Assembly: GCA_046350755.1 (NCBI GenBank)
Contig: JAXLZV010000001.1
Span: 160,216-224,215, forward strand
Length of the DNA stretch: 64,000 bases
From: Candidatus Saccharimonadota bacterium
GTDB lineage: Bacteria > Patescibacteriota > Saccharimonadia > CAILAD01 > GCA-016700035
Direction of reading: 5' to 3'
The notes under the pieces were generated by a model. It was not told where the DNA came from and did not search any database. It was given only the letters and a program-made list of their open reading frames with translations. Position 1 is the first letter of the stretch; each line of letters opens with the position of its first letter. The position numbers and the translations under genes are program-made. Below, one piece after another: positions 31,349 through 38,868 of the stretch.

Positions 31349-32578
31349 CTAAGCCGACTCTTCTGTGTCGGACGGCGTGGCAGCAATTTCAGAACTTTCA
31401 GGAGTATCAGATTCTTCAGATGTATCGGTTTCGGCCGACTCACCGGCGGACGGCTTCTCAACCGCGGCGATGAGCTCATCTTCAGGATTTATCTTCTTTT
31501 TGGGTGTCTCAGCGGCAGCTTCCGCTACTTCTTCGATCCCAGCAGCGTCCGAACCATCGATGTCGATATTCCAGTCAGTCAGCTTGGCAGCCAAGCGGAC
31601 ATTCTGTCCAGAGCGGCCGATAGCTAAGGAAAGCTGATCCTCAGGGACTTTCACTGATGCACGATGCTCAGTTTCATCAACTGTCACTTCGGCGATATTT
31701 TTGGCTGGTGAGAGAGCGTTGGCGATATAGTGCTTAATATCCTCGTCAAAGGGAATAATATCGATTTTCTCATCGCCGATATTGGCCATCACAGCCTGAA
31801 CACGGGTCCCGCGTCCACCGACAAACGTACCAACGGGATCAACGCCTTCGACATTGCTTTTGACTGCTATCTTCGTACGCGCACCAGCCTCACGAGCGAT
31901 ATTGACGATTTCAACATTACCGGTGGCAATCTCTGGTACTTCCATCTCAAACAGTCGCCGAATCAGATTCGGGTGACTGCGGCTGACAACAATCTGTGGA
32001 CCCTTGAGGGTATTCTCAACGCGCACAACATAAACCTTCACGCGCTGACCCGGGTAGTACCGCTCGCCGTGGATTTGTTCAGATGGGAACATGATGCCAG
32101 TCGTGCGACCGAGATCAACGAAGACATTGCCGTGCTCGACGCGCTGAACTGAGCCATTCATGATGGTATCTTCTTTATCCTGATACTCGTTATAAATCAC
32201 CTCACGTTCGGCTTCGCGAATGCGCTGGATGATAACCTGCTTGGCGGTTTGGGCAGCTACCCGACCAAAGTCCTTATTCACATCTTCGTATTCAACCGTC
32301 TCGCCGACTGCGGCCGACTTGCGAATAACCTGCGCATCACCTACCGAAATCTCTAAATGAGGATTCTCGACCTCAGCCACAACTTCCTTCGTAATAAAGA
32401 TACGTGGATCGCCGGTCGATGGGTCAACCTCAACTCGTACTTCCTGATCCTTATCACCGAAGTCTTTTTTATACGCGGCAATGAGGGCCATCTCAATCGT
32501 CTCCATGACGATGTCCTTAGAGATGCCTTTTTCTTCGCAAATTTGCTCGATAGCTGAAATGAATTGATTCTGTTGCAT
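31349..32578 (-). CDS. nusA: Transcription termination/antitermination factor NusA
   Basis: An N-terminal NusA domain, S1 and two KH domains, plus an acidic C-terminal tail. Confidence 0.9.
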   Translation of the reverse strand: MQQNQFISAIEQICEEKGISKDIVMETIEMALIAAYKKDFGDKDQEVRVEVDPSTGDPRIFITKEVVAEVENPHLEISVGDAQVIRKSAAVGETVEYEDVNKDFGRVAAQTAKQVIIQRIREAEREVIYNEYQDKEDTIMNGSVQRVEHGNVFVDLGRTTGIMFPSEQIHGERYYPGQRVKVYVVRVENTLKGPQIVVSRSHPNLIRRLFEMEVPEIATGNVEIVNIAREAGARTKIAVKSNVEGVDPVGTFVGGRGTRVQAVMANIGDEKIDIIPFDEDIKHYIANALSPAKNIAEVTVDETEHRASVKVPEDQLSLAIGRSGQNVRLAAKLTDWNIDIDGSDAAGIEEVAEAAAETPKKKINPEDELIAAVEKPSAGESAETDTSEESDTPESSEIAATPSDTEESA

Positions 32579-32752
32579 GATTCTTATATTCCTAATGTTA
32601 TTCTACTGTGTCTAGCTCGTGCTGTGGGCGATTTTGGGTCGAAAAAAGCCGCTCGCTGTTAATTATGTAGCGACCGACTCTGACAACAGCTCGATGTATG
32701 CTCACTAGTATACGGTCTGACAATTAGCACTGTCAAGTGGCGAGTGCCAATT

Positions 32753-33118
32753 TTATCCATCGAGTACTAGGCAATCTGGGTAATGTTGAAGTGTGCAGTT
32801 ATCGATTTCGCCGCCAGCCACCACGACATCAAATCGCACCGATCGATCTTCCCAGCCATACTCAACCAGCCAGGCTTGAGCACCTGCCAGCAGGCGGCGC
32901 TGTTTATCAAGCGAAATCGCTGCCTCACCGCCACCAAAATCAGCATTTGCCCGGTACTTCACCTCCACGAATACCACCGTCTCACCATCAAGCATCACTA
33001 GATCAAGCTCGAAAAAGCGCCTGCGAGCATTGTGCTCCACCAGTTGCAACCCGCGCGTTGTCAGCCACGCTAAAGCCTGAGCTTCAGCGACTTGCCCGAC
33101 GGCCGTTGTATTCGCCAT
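32753..33118 (-). CDS. yraN: YraN-family (UPF0102) endonuclease-fold protein
   Basis: GE..A..WL...G and ELDLV...VVFVEVK motifs typical of UPF0102; it sits immediately downstream of rnhB, as in many bacteria. Confidence 0.75.
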   Translation of the reverse strand: MANTTAVGQVAEAQALAWLTTRGLQLVEHNARRRFFELDLVMLDGETVVFVEVKYRANADFGGGEAAISLDKQRRLLAGAQAWLVEYGWEDRSVRFDVVVAGGEIDNCTLQHYPDCLVLDG

Positions 33119-33725
33119 ACTCCACCCCCTTCATAAATGACCGCCGGTGCAAGGGTGTTAACCCATGCTTGCGAAGCGCCGCCAAATGCCGGGGCGTACC
33201 ATAGCCGACATGCGTCTCAAAGCCATACTCCGGATAAATGAGGGCTTGCTCGCGCATGTAGCTATCCCGTTCGACTTTTGCCAAAATCGACGCTGCTGCG
33301 ATAGATGCACATACCTGGTCACCTTTCACAAGCGTTCGTACCGGCACATCATAACGTAAATAATTGTGTCGCCCATCTAGGTACACCACGTCGGGTGTCA
33401 GCTCGATTTGCGACCAAGCCTGTCGACCGGCGGCGATCAGGCTAGCGGTCAAACCATGCTGATCGATATACTCAGGCGCGATATGCACCACCACCCAACT
33501 GGTCGCGCTGGCCCGAATCACGATCGCCTTCTCTTCACGCTGCTTGGCTGATAACAACTTCGAATCCACCACCGGCTCAGAAAAGTCCTCTGGCAAGATG
33601 ACTAGCCCAAGTGAAACTGGGCCAGCCAATGGTCCGCGACCGACTTCATCCACGCCGGCCACCAGAGCAAACCCCTCGATTCGAGCGGCTTCTTCCACCT
33701 CATGCGTCGCCCATGTCCTTGCCAT
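33084..33725 (-). CDS. rnhB: Ribonuclease HII
   Basis: GVDEVGRGPLAGPV (DEVGRG active site); length and remaining motifs are consistent. Confidence 0.88.
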   Translation of the reverse strand: MARTWATHEVEEAARIEGFALVAGVDEVGRGPLAGPVSLGLVILPEDFSEPVVDSKLLSAKQREEKAIVIRASATSWVVVHIAPEYIDQHGLTASLIAAGRQAWSQIELTPDVVYLDGRHNYLRYDVPVRTLVKGDQVCASIAAASILAKVERDSYMREQALIYPEYGFETHVGYGTPRHLAALRKHGLTPLHRRSFMKGVEYGEYNGRRASR

Positions 33726-33810
33726 ATAACTAGTTTACTACGAACAAAATACGAATGTCTAGTCTAAAAAAATCGGGCCTCACGTACACGCGAGACCCTG
33801 ATTGGGCTGA

Positions 33811-34734
33811 TCATGTATCGACCCACTGCGCCACAAGCCGCTCCATGCTAGACGGACCGTATTGCCAGTAGTTCGCTGCTACCTGTACAGCCGCGGCACC
33901 GCAGGCCAGAAACTCCGAGACATCACTCCCCGATGTGATCCCTCCGACGCCGACCACCGGGATCGGTGAACCGCAGCCGCGCAAGGCTTCGACCCACTGC
34001 AGGACTTGGCCGAGGGCAATCGGCTTGTAGGCTGGTCCGGAAAAGCCACCATACTTGGTCGATAGATATGGCTTGCCATCGTCGATGACGACGGCGTTGG
34101 GGAACGTATTGGTAGAAGCGATATAGAGCCGATTCTCAACCGTGCCAGCAGCCAAGCCAGCAATTCGCTCCGCGACGTGAGCAAGCTCTACCGGATTTGA
34201 ATAAGGTGAGACCTTTAGACCAATCGGCCCCCTCCAGAAGGTGGCGAGATCCAAGAGATGAGTCTCAATCCCTTCGATGTCAAAGCTCAAGATCAGCTTT
34301 TGCTGCCGTTCTGACCAAACGTTCGGACAGCCGAGATTCAGCTCGATTGCATCCAGCTGCCAGTCCTTGAAGTGCTTCAGGAGCCCATACCAACCAACCG
34401 GGTATTCCATCGGAGCAAACGAGAGAATCACCCGCTTGCCAGCTTCGCGAGCCATACCCAGCAGCATCAGCCAACGCGAATGCCAATAGTCGTAGTAATC
34501 AAGGCCAGGATCAGGCAAGCCCATGGCATTGAGCATATAGCCAAGCTCATGGTCGTAATACGAGCGCGGCTCTGGATTTCCTACCCGCTCGCTATACGTA
34601 CCGGTCAGCGACCCAAGCACAATAGCGCTGGCAGACGAGTTGACTGCCGCTTCGAACTCTGCGAGGGTCTTGACCATGCCGGGAGCAACCATGATGGGGT
34701 GCTCAAGTTCCATACCTGCAAGCTTGATCGTCAT
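33811..34734 (-). CDS. pyrD: Dihydroorotate dehydrogenase, class 1A-like (catalytic Cys)
   Basis: RVGNPEPRSYYDHELGYMLNAMGLPDPGLDYY, ELNLGCPNV (Cys base), GGFSGPAYKPIALGQV and VVGVGGITSG all resemble L. lactis PyrDA closely. Confidence 0.8.
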   Translation of the reverse strand: MTIKLAGMELEHPIMVAPGMVKTLAEFEAAVNSSASAIVLGSLTGTYSERVGNPEPRSYYDHELGYMLNAMGLPDPGLDYYDYWHSRWLMLLGMAREAGKRVILSFAPMEYPVGWYGLLKHFKDWQLDAIELNLGCPNVWSERQQKLILSFDIEGIETHLLDLATFWRGPIGLKVSPYSNPVELAHVAERIAGLAAGTVENRLYIASTNTFPNAVVIDDGKPYLSTKYGGFSGPAYKPIALGQVLQWVEALRGCGSPIPVVGVGGITSGSDVSEFLACGAAAVQVAANYWQYGPSSMERLVAQWVDT

Positions 34735-34808
34735 GTTAGCTACTTTCGTAAAAGGTACATTCGGTCCGGGTTATTCTGCAAGACTATTGATAATATCTCA
34801 AGCATAAA

Positions 34809-34838
34809 AAGAACCGGTCTGGAGAAAAAACTCCAAAC
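34809..34838 (-). terminator. Candidate terminator between pyrC and pyrD
   Basis: On the minus strand, CCGGTTTGGAG-TTTTTT-CTCCAGACCGG (10 of 11 bp) is followed by a T-rich run. Confidence 0.4.
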
Positions 34839-34853
34839 CGGCTATGTACCAGA

Positions 34854-35921
34854 TCAATCAGCGTTATTACCAAGATCACTGAACCAGAGAACTGATTCGA
34901 CTTGCCAATCGAGGATCTCGCCGGCCTTCCAAGGCTTCATGCCAAAGTATTCCTCCGGCACTCGCCATGGCTGGCGCCACAGAGTGATGCGGGGCCGCCG
35001 CTCGAGTGAGGGTCCGACCCCATAGAAGCTCGCGCCATTTGCGCACATGAAAGCCAAGAAATTCTCCCACTTTTCCGCACCGCCCTGTGCGTCGAAGTGC
35101 TGCCAGAGCACCGGAATTGCCACTGGGCTCGACCACACGCCGGCCGCTCCACCGAGCTTGCGTTCGATGAGATGTGGCGCGGAATCTGAGCCGAAGAAGA
35201 TCTTCGGTCGCCCAGCCGCCTCGAGGATGATGCGCGCCAAGTAGTCACGATCATCTGGCGTCTTGGCGATCGGCATGCAATTGCAATGCGGATCCTGTAT
35301 GGCATCCATCTGGGTGATGAATGGATGATGAGCCGTGATGCTGGCCGCCACCGTCTCCGGCGACGTCAACACATAATCGAGCATGCGCCGGTCGGACACG
35401 TGTTCGACAACGATCTTGAGCTCAGGGTAGGCGTCCACCAACCACTGAAGATGAGGAATGAAGCCGAATTCTCGCTTTTGAGGATCCGACTCCACGTCAG
35501 GTGTCAGCTCAGCGTGAAGACACAACACCATGCCAACGTCTTGCATCGCAGCCAGAACCTCTGGCTGAAGATCACGCGGCGAAGATAGGCCGCTGCCCGA
35601 GTTGGTCGTACCACCATGCGGATAATACTTGGCGGCAATAGCCAGCGGATGGGCGGCCTCGATATCCGACGCCGTCGTGTCGGGCGTGAGATACAGGGCC
35701 ATCCGCGTCCCAATCGAGTTGAGCGCACGCGAGTGGCCAACCAGCCGACCGTAATAGTCGGCCACCGCCTCGGCGGTCGTCACTGGCGGTGTCAGGTTCG
35801 GCATCACCAGATTGTTCAAGAACTGATGTCCGGATAGATCCACGACCCGTTCCATGAGAATGCCGTCGCGCAGGTGGACGTGCCAATCGTCCGGTATCGG
35901 CATTTCGATTCGAATAGTCAT
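34854..35921 (-). CDS. pyrC: Dihydroorotase, class II (E. coli PyrC type)
   Basis: N-terminal DWHVHLRDG metal-ligand motif; the 355-aa length and overall similarity match type II DHOase. GC is visibly elevated, shown by the many long antisense ORFs here. Confidence 0.85.
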   Translation of the reverse strand: MTIRIEMPIPDDWHVHLRDGILMERVVDLSGHQFLNNLVMPNLTPPVTTAEAVADYYGRLVGHSRALNSIGTRMALYLTPDTTASDIEAAHPLAIAAKYYPHGGTTNSGSGLSSPRDLQPEVLAAMQDVGMVLCLHAELTPDVESDPQKREFGFIPHLQWLVDAYPELKIVVEHVSDRRMLDYVLTSPETVAASITAHHPFITQMDAIQDPHCNCMPIAKTPDDRDYLARIILEAAGRPKIFFGSDSAPHLIERKLGGAAGVWSSPVAIPVLWQHFDAQGGAEKWENFLAFMCANGASFYGVGPSLERRPRITLWRQPWRVPEEYFGMKPWKAGEILDWQVESVLWFSDLGNNAD

Positions 35922-35992
35922 CTCGATGTCTTTCGGTTCGTAGGTACAAGAACTCGCCTATTCTGCCACTTTTTGACTCAATTTTCAAGCAT

Positions 35993-36016
35993 AACAAAAA
36001 CGCCCTGAACGGGCGT
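35993..36016 (-). terminator. Rho-independent terminator after rplS
   Basis: On the minus strand, ACGCCC-GTTCA-GGGCGT is followed by TTTTTGTT. Confidence 0.5.
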
Positions 36017-36035
36017 AGTTGAGTGAGTAGTAAGT

Positions 36036-36650
36036 CTACTTCTTGGCTTGGCTTTTATCGTCTTCGGCGTCAGCCTTATCAAGACCTGATTGCGTTTCGT
36101 CAGCTGGCAAGGCTTTTTCGTCATCGCCATCAGCCGAGTCGGTGTCGGCTTCTACTGCTTTGGTCTCTTCTTTGGCCAGATCTTCGGTTGATTCAACAAC
36201 GGCATCTTCGTTGTCGGTAATATCAGCTTCGTTGGCAGCGACTTCAGCTTCGAGGGCAGCAATCTCATCGGTTGTACGATGATCAGCTTCATTAGCTCCC
36301 GCCTTATCAAAATCCTGCTCAACCAAGCGAGCCTTCTTACCGCGCAAACCACGCATATACGAAAGAAAGGCACGACGCACTTTAGCTCGACGCATGACTT
36401 CAATCTTTTCAACGTTTGGCGAGTGCACAAACCAGCTCTTCTCAACACCAACACCCGAAGCAATCTTGCGTACGGTCAAGTAGGCATTGCCTTCATTCGG
36501 CTTGCGGTAGCGGATAACCAGGCCTTCAAATACCTGAGTACGGGTCTTATTTCCTTCGCGAATAATCTGGTGAACCCGGACGGTGTCACCTGGCTTAATC
36601 ACGGGCAGCTTGGCTTTGAGCTGCGACTTTTGCATAACATTGGCTTGCAT
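36036..36650 (-). CDS. rplS: 50S ribosomal protein L19 with a ~90-aa acidic C-terminal extension
   Basis: The first ~115 aa are canonical L19 (VIKPGDTVRVH...GNKTRTQVFEG...RKIASGVGVEK). Then comes an Asp/Glu/Ala-rich tail ending in KK. Confidence 0.9.
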   Translation of the reverse strand: MQANVMQKSQLKAKLPVIKPGDTVRVHQIIREGNKTRTQVFEGLVIRYRKPNEGNAYLTVRKIASGVGVEKSWFVHSPNVEKIEVMRRAKVRRAFLSYMRGLRGKKARLVEQDFDKAGANEADHRTTDEIAALEAEVAANEADITDNEDAVVESTEDLAKEETKAVEADTDSADGDDEKALPADETQSGLDKADAEDDKSQAKK

Positions 36651-36715
36651 AACTCGAGTATTCTATCAGGTTTACTCCGGAATATCAAGACTACTTACGC
36701 AACATATCCTAATTA

Positions 36716-36744
36716 TTGACATCAAGGATATTTTTTATCATAAT
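36716..36744 (+). promoter_or_regulatory. Sigma-70-type promoter driving high-GC island 1
   Basis: TTGACA (36716..36721), a 17-nt spacer and CATAAT (36739..36744), about 33 nt upstream of the ATG at 36778 with an AAAGG RBS. Confidence 0.5.
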
Positions 36745-36777
36745 ATTGAACCTTGTACCTCTACGAAAGGCTATTGC

Positions 36778-37188
36778 ATGCCTCAGCAGCACGTCACCCA
36801 CATCCGCACCATCAAGCGGATCTACGGCAACGCCTACGTCCGCCTCAACGGCAAGCGACCGGTCATCTTCGGTGATCGGGAGGACGTCGAAGTCCTGAAT
36901 GCCACCGGCATCGATCACCCCATGGAGCTCGAGGAACGCGTTCTCAGCGCCATCGAGCTCCTTCCTGGCCATTCCCAAGAGCCCATGCTCCTTTCCATGT
37001 CCGGTGCCCAGGGCGTTGAGATCACTCGCCACCACGGGGTGAACTACTACCGCATCGAGATCTGTGTGAAGGGCAGGTGGCGGCGCCTGCATGGCACCAA
37101 GGCCCAGCGTGCCATCGAGCACGACCTGGCGCTGGCGAAGAAGGCCAGGGTCGACCTCGCTTCTGATGCGACCGCCCCATCTGTGTGA
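36778..37188 (+). CDS. Small hypothetical protein P1 (136 aa), the first of three tandem related small proteins
   Basis: ATG with RBS; GC-rich codon usage. EICVKGRWRRLHG and AIEHDLALAKKA loosely echo the ECxCG and A..HY..VL..AL segments of P2 and P3. Confidence 0.5.
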   Translation: MPQQHVTHIRTIKRIYGNAYVRLNGKRPVIFGDREDVEVLNATGIDHPMELEERVLSAIELLPGHSQEPMLLSMSGAQGVEITRHHGVNYYRIEICVKGRWRRLHGTKAQRAIEHDLALAKKARVDLASDATAPSV

Positions 37189-37303
37189 CTTCACTAGTCA
37201 CCCGCCCGCAACCATTCATTTGGTTGCGGGCATTGTTATTGATCACGCATGATATCTATGTTTTAATCACGGCAGTACCTACGACCCTCCTGGAGGAATT
37301 GTT

Positions 37304-37603
37304 ATGCCCGGTTTCATCTTCCCTGAAGGACTTTTCATCTGCGGCCACACGGTCAAGCGGCTCATGGTGCCACAGAAGCAAGGCACGGTTCCGCTTATCC
37401 GACACTTCGCGGAGTGCAGTTGTGGCGAGCGCGTCGAAGTCACCGGTGTGATCGGTGACGAGATCACCGCTGAGTATGAACGAGCCCGCCTCACGCATTA
37501 CGTCATGGTTCTCAACGAAGCCCTGACGGAAGCAAGCTTCAGCGGTGGTGGCGAGTTGCTGGCCGGATCAGATGCCGATGACGGCGAACGGCTCGGTGGC
37601 TGA
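37304..37603 (+). CDS. Small hypothetical Cys/His protein P2 (99 aa)
   Basis: ICGHTV...ECSCGERVEV...ARLTHYVMVLNEAL is clearly paralogous to P3. Its TGA stop is followed 1 nt later by the P3 ATG. Confidence 0.55.
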   Translation: MPGFIFPEGLFICGHTVKRLMVPQKQGTVPLIRHFAECSCGERVEVTGVIGDEITAEYERARLTHYVMVLNEALTEASFSGGGELLAGSDADDGERLGG

Positions 37604-37604
37604 G

Positions 37605-38009
37605 ATGGACCTTTCCTTCTCGCTCAATAAGGGTATTCTCGGCCATCGCGTGCACAGCTACGCCTCGGCGACACCAACCGGACGTTGGTTTCGGGTCGAG
37701 CGAATAGCCACTGTCGAATGCAAGTGCGGCGCCAAGCTGGAGCTGGACTGGCGAGACCTACCCGAACACTTCACTACATGGGGCGAGCGGATGGCGCTAG
37801 CACACTACCTGAATGTGCTTCACGCAGCGCTCGCACAAGGCATTCAGGCTACCAGTTGGCCGCCGCCGGAACCAGTTCCGCACTCAGGCGAACTCGGGCG
37901 AGACACACTCGCGCCCGATCACGACTACGAAGCCGATGATGATTTCGGTTTTCCCGATCCAGACGCACCAATCCCACGACGCCAACATCCACCCGGCACC
38001 ATTGGGTAA
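37605..38009 (+). CDS. Small hypothetical Cys/His protein P3 (134 aa), paralog of P2
   Basis: ILGHRV...ECKCGAKLEL...MALAHYLNVLHAAL aligns with P2 motif-for-motif. It has an acidic, proline-rich C-terminal tail. Confidence 0.55.
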   Translation: MDLSFSLNKGILGHRVHSYASATPTGRWFRVERIATVECKCGAKLELDWRDLPEHFTTWGERMALAHYLNVLHAALAQGIQATSWPPPEPVPHSGELGRDTLAPDHDYEADDDFGFPDPDAPIPRRQHPPGTIG

Positions 38010-38018
38010 AAAACTTCA

Positions 38019-38054
38019 CCCGCTACCGAATACAACGGTAGCGGGCTTATTATT
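38019..38054. terminator. Bidirectional terminator between the convergent P3 and gmk-like genes
   Basis: A perfect 10-bp stem CCCGCTACCG-AATACAA-CGGTAGCGGG with T-rich flanks. Confidence 0.55.
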
Positions 38055-38065
38055 ACTGACGAAAA

Positions 38066-38794
38066 TCAGCGGCCGTGATGACCAAGCGTCTCGATCTGAA
38101 CTGCTTCATCCAGACAATCCGACACGATTCCACAGAGCTCATCAGCAGCCTCATCCAGCCGATCGTTGATGACTACATGAGGCCATGTGCCAAGGATCTC
38201 CGGGATCTCCCACCTGGCGCGCATGAGTTTTTGCTCGATGACCGTCTCCTCGTCTCCGCGACCGACCAAGCGCATTTCGAGCGCTCCCAGCATTTCGGTC
38301 TGAACGATGATCGATCCGGCAATGGCGAACCAGTAGCGACCCTGCCCATCGTCAAGCAATGCTAGACGCTGGGCTTCCTGCAGCCGACTCGTTCCGGCTG
38401 GCGTCAGACAGGGCGGCAGGATGCCGATCAGATGAACGGCCGGGAAATTCTCCACCAACATTGACTTGGCGAATAGCTGGAGGGCGCCATTGACATCGAG
38501 ATCTCGCAACTCGATGCCTGGCGTGCTCGGATTGACGTAGGAGCCGTAGTAGCCGCCAGTGGCATTCTGCGAGTGCTCGACGATACTGCCGGCCGCGCGT
38601 TCGCGCATGAAGTCTTCGACCGACAGATAGACGTACTTCGAATTGCCGGCGTCGTCATAGTCGTCTTCGCGCGGTTGGCGCGTCGTCGCCTTGCGGCCGA
38701 CAATCAGTTGCGGGAACTGCTTCATGAGGTACTTCATCAGCGTGTCCTTGCCGACACCTTCCGGCCCAGAGATACAGAAAATGTGCGAAGTCAT
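38066..38794 (-). CDS. gmk: Guanylate kinase homolog with a ~35-aa insertion
   Basis: ISGPEGVGKDTL (P-loop), ATTRQPREDDYDDAGNSKYVYLSVEDF (GMP-binding TTRxPRxGE..G.DY.FVS.E.F), EH...GGYYG, ILPP and RGDEETVIEQKLMRA...VVINDRLDEA all match E. coli Gmk segment-for-segment. It is GC-rich like the rest of island 1. Confidence 0.8.
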   Translation of the reverse strand: MTSHIFCISGPEGVGKDTLMKYLMKQFPQLIVGRKATTRQPREDDYDDAGNSKYVYLSVEDFMRERAAGSIVEHSQNATGGYYGSYVNPSTPGIELRDLDVNGALQLFAKSMLVENFPAVHLIGILPPCLTPAGTSRLQEAQRLALLDDGQGRYWFAIAGSIIVQTEMLGALEMRLVGRGDEETVIEQKLMRARWEIPEILGTWPHVVINDRLDEAADELCGIVSDCLDEAVQIETLGHHGR

Positions 38795-38868
38795 AGCCTT
38801 CTTCCCTCATTTGCGTATAAGGTACGATTACCGGGGATTATATCGGCCCGAAGCGTTTTGGCGCAAGC

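Larger units (their letters stand above)
36760..38830. other. High-GC compositional island 1 (three small paralogous ORFs plus a gmk homolog) between rplS and dnaE
   Basis: There is an abrupt shift to GC-rich codons (GC3-rich, about 60-65% by eye) compared with roughly 50% in the flanking rplS and dnaE. The opposite strand carries long stop-free ORFs. Confidence 0.6.

Noticed and set aside
34372-35837. Cluster of plus- and minus-strand ORFs overlapping pyrC and pyrD (34372..35025, 34876..35136, 34937..35305, 35047..35244, 35286..35588, 35504..35740, 35572..35997, 35616..35837)
   Set aside because: They overlap well-supported pyrC and pyrD. Their Arg/Pro/Ala-rich composition is typical of out-of-frame translation of GC-rich DNA.
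36709-37194. 161-aa minus-strand ORF
   Set aside because: It is antisense to the small protein P1 inside the high-GC island and is Gly/Ala/Asp-rich low complexity. The plus-strand gene has a promoter and an RBS.
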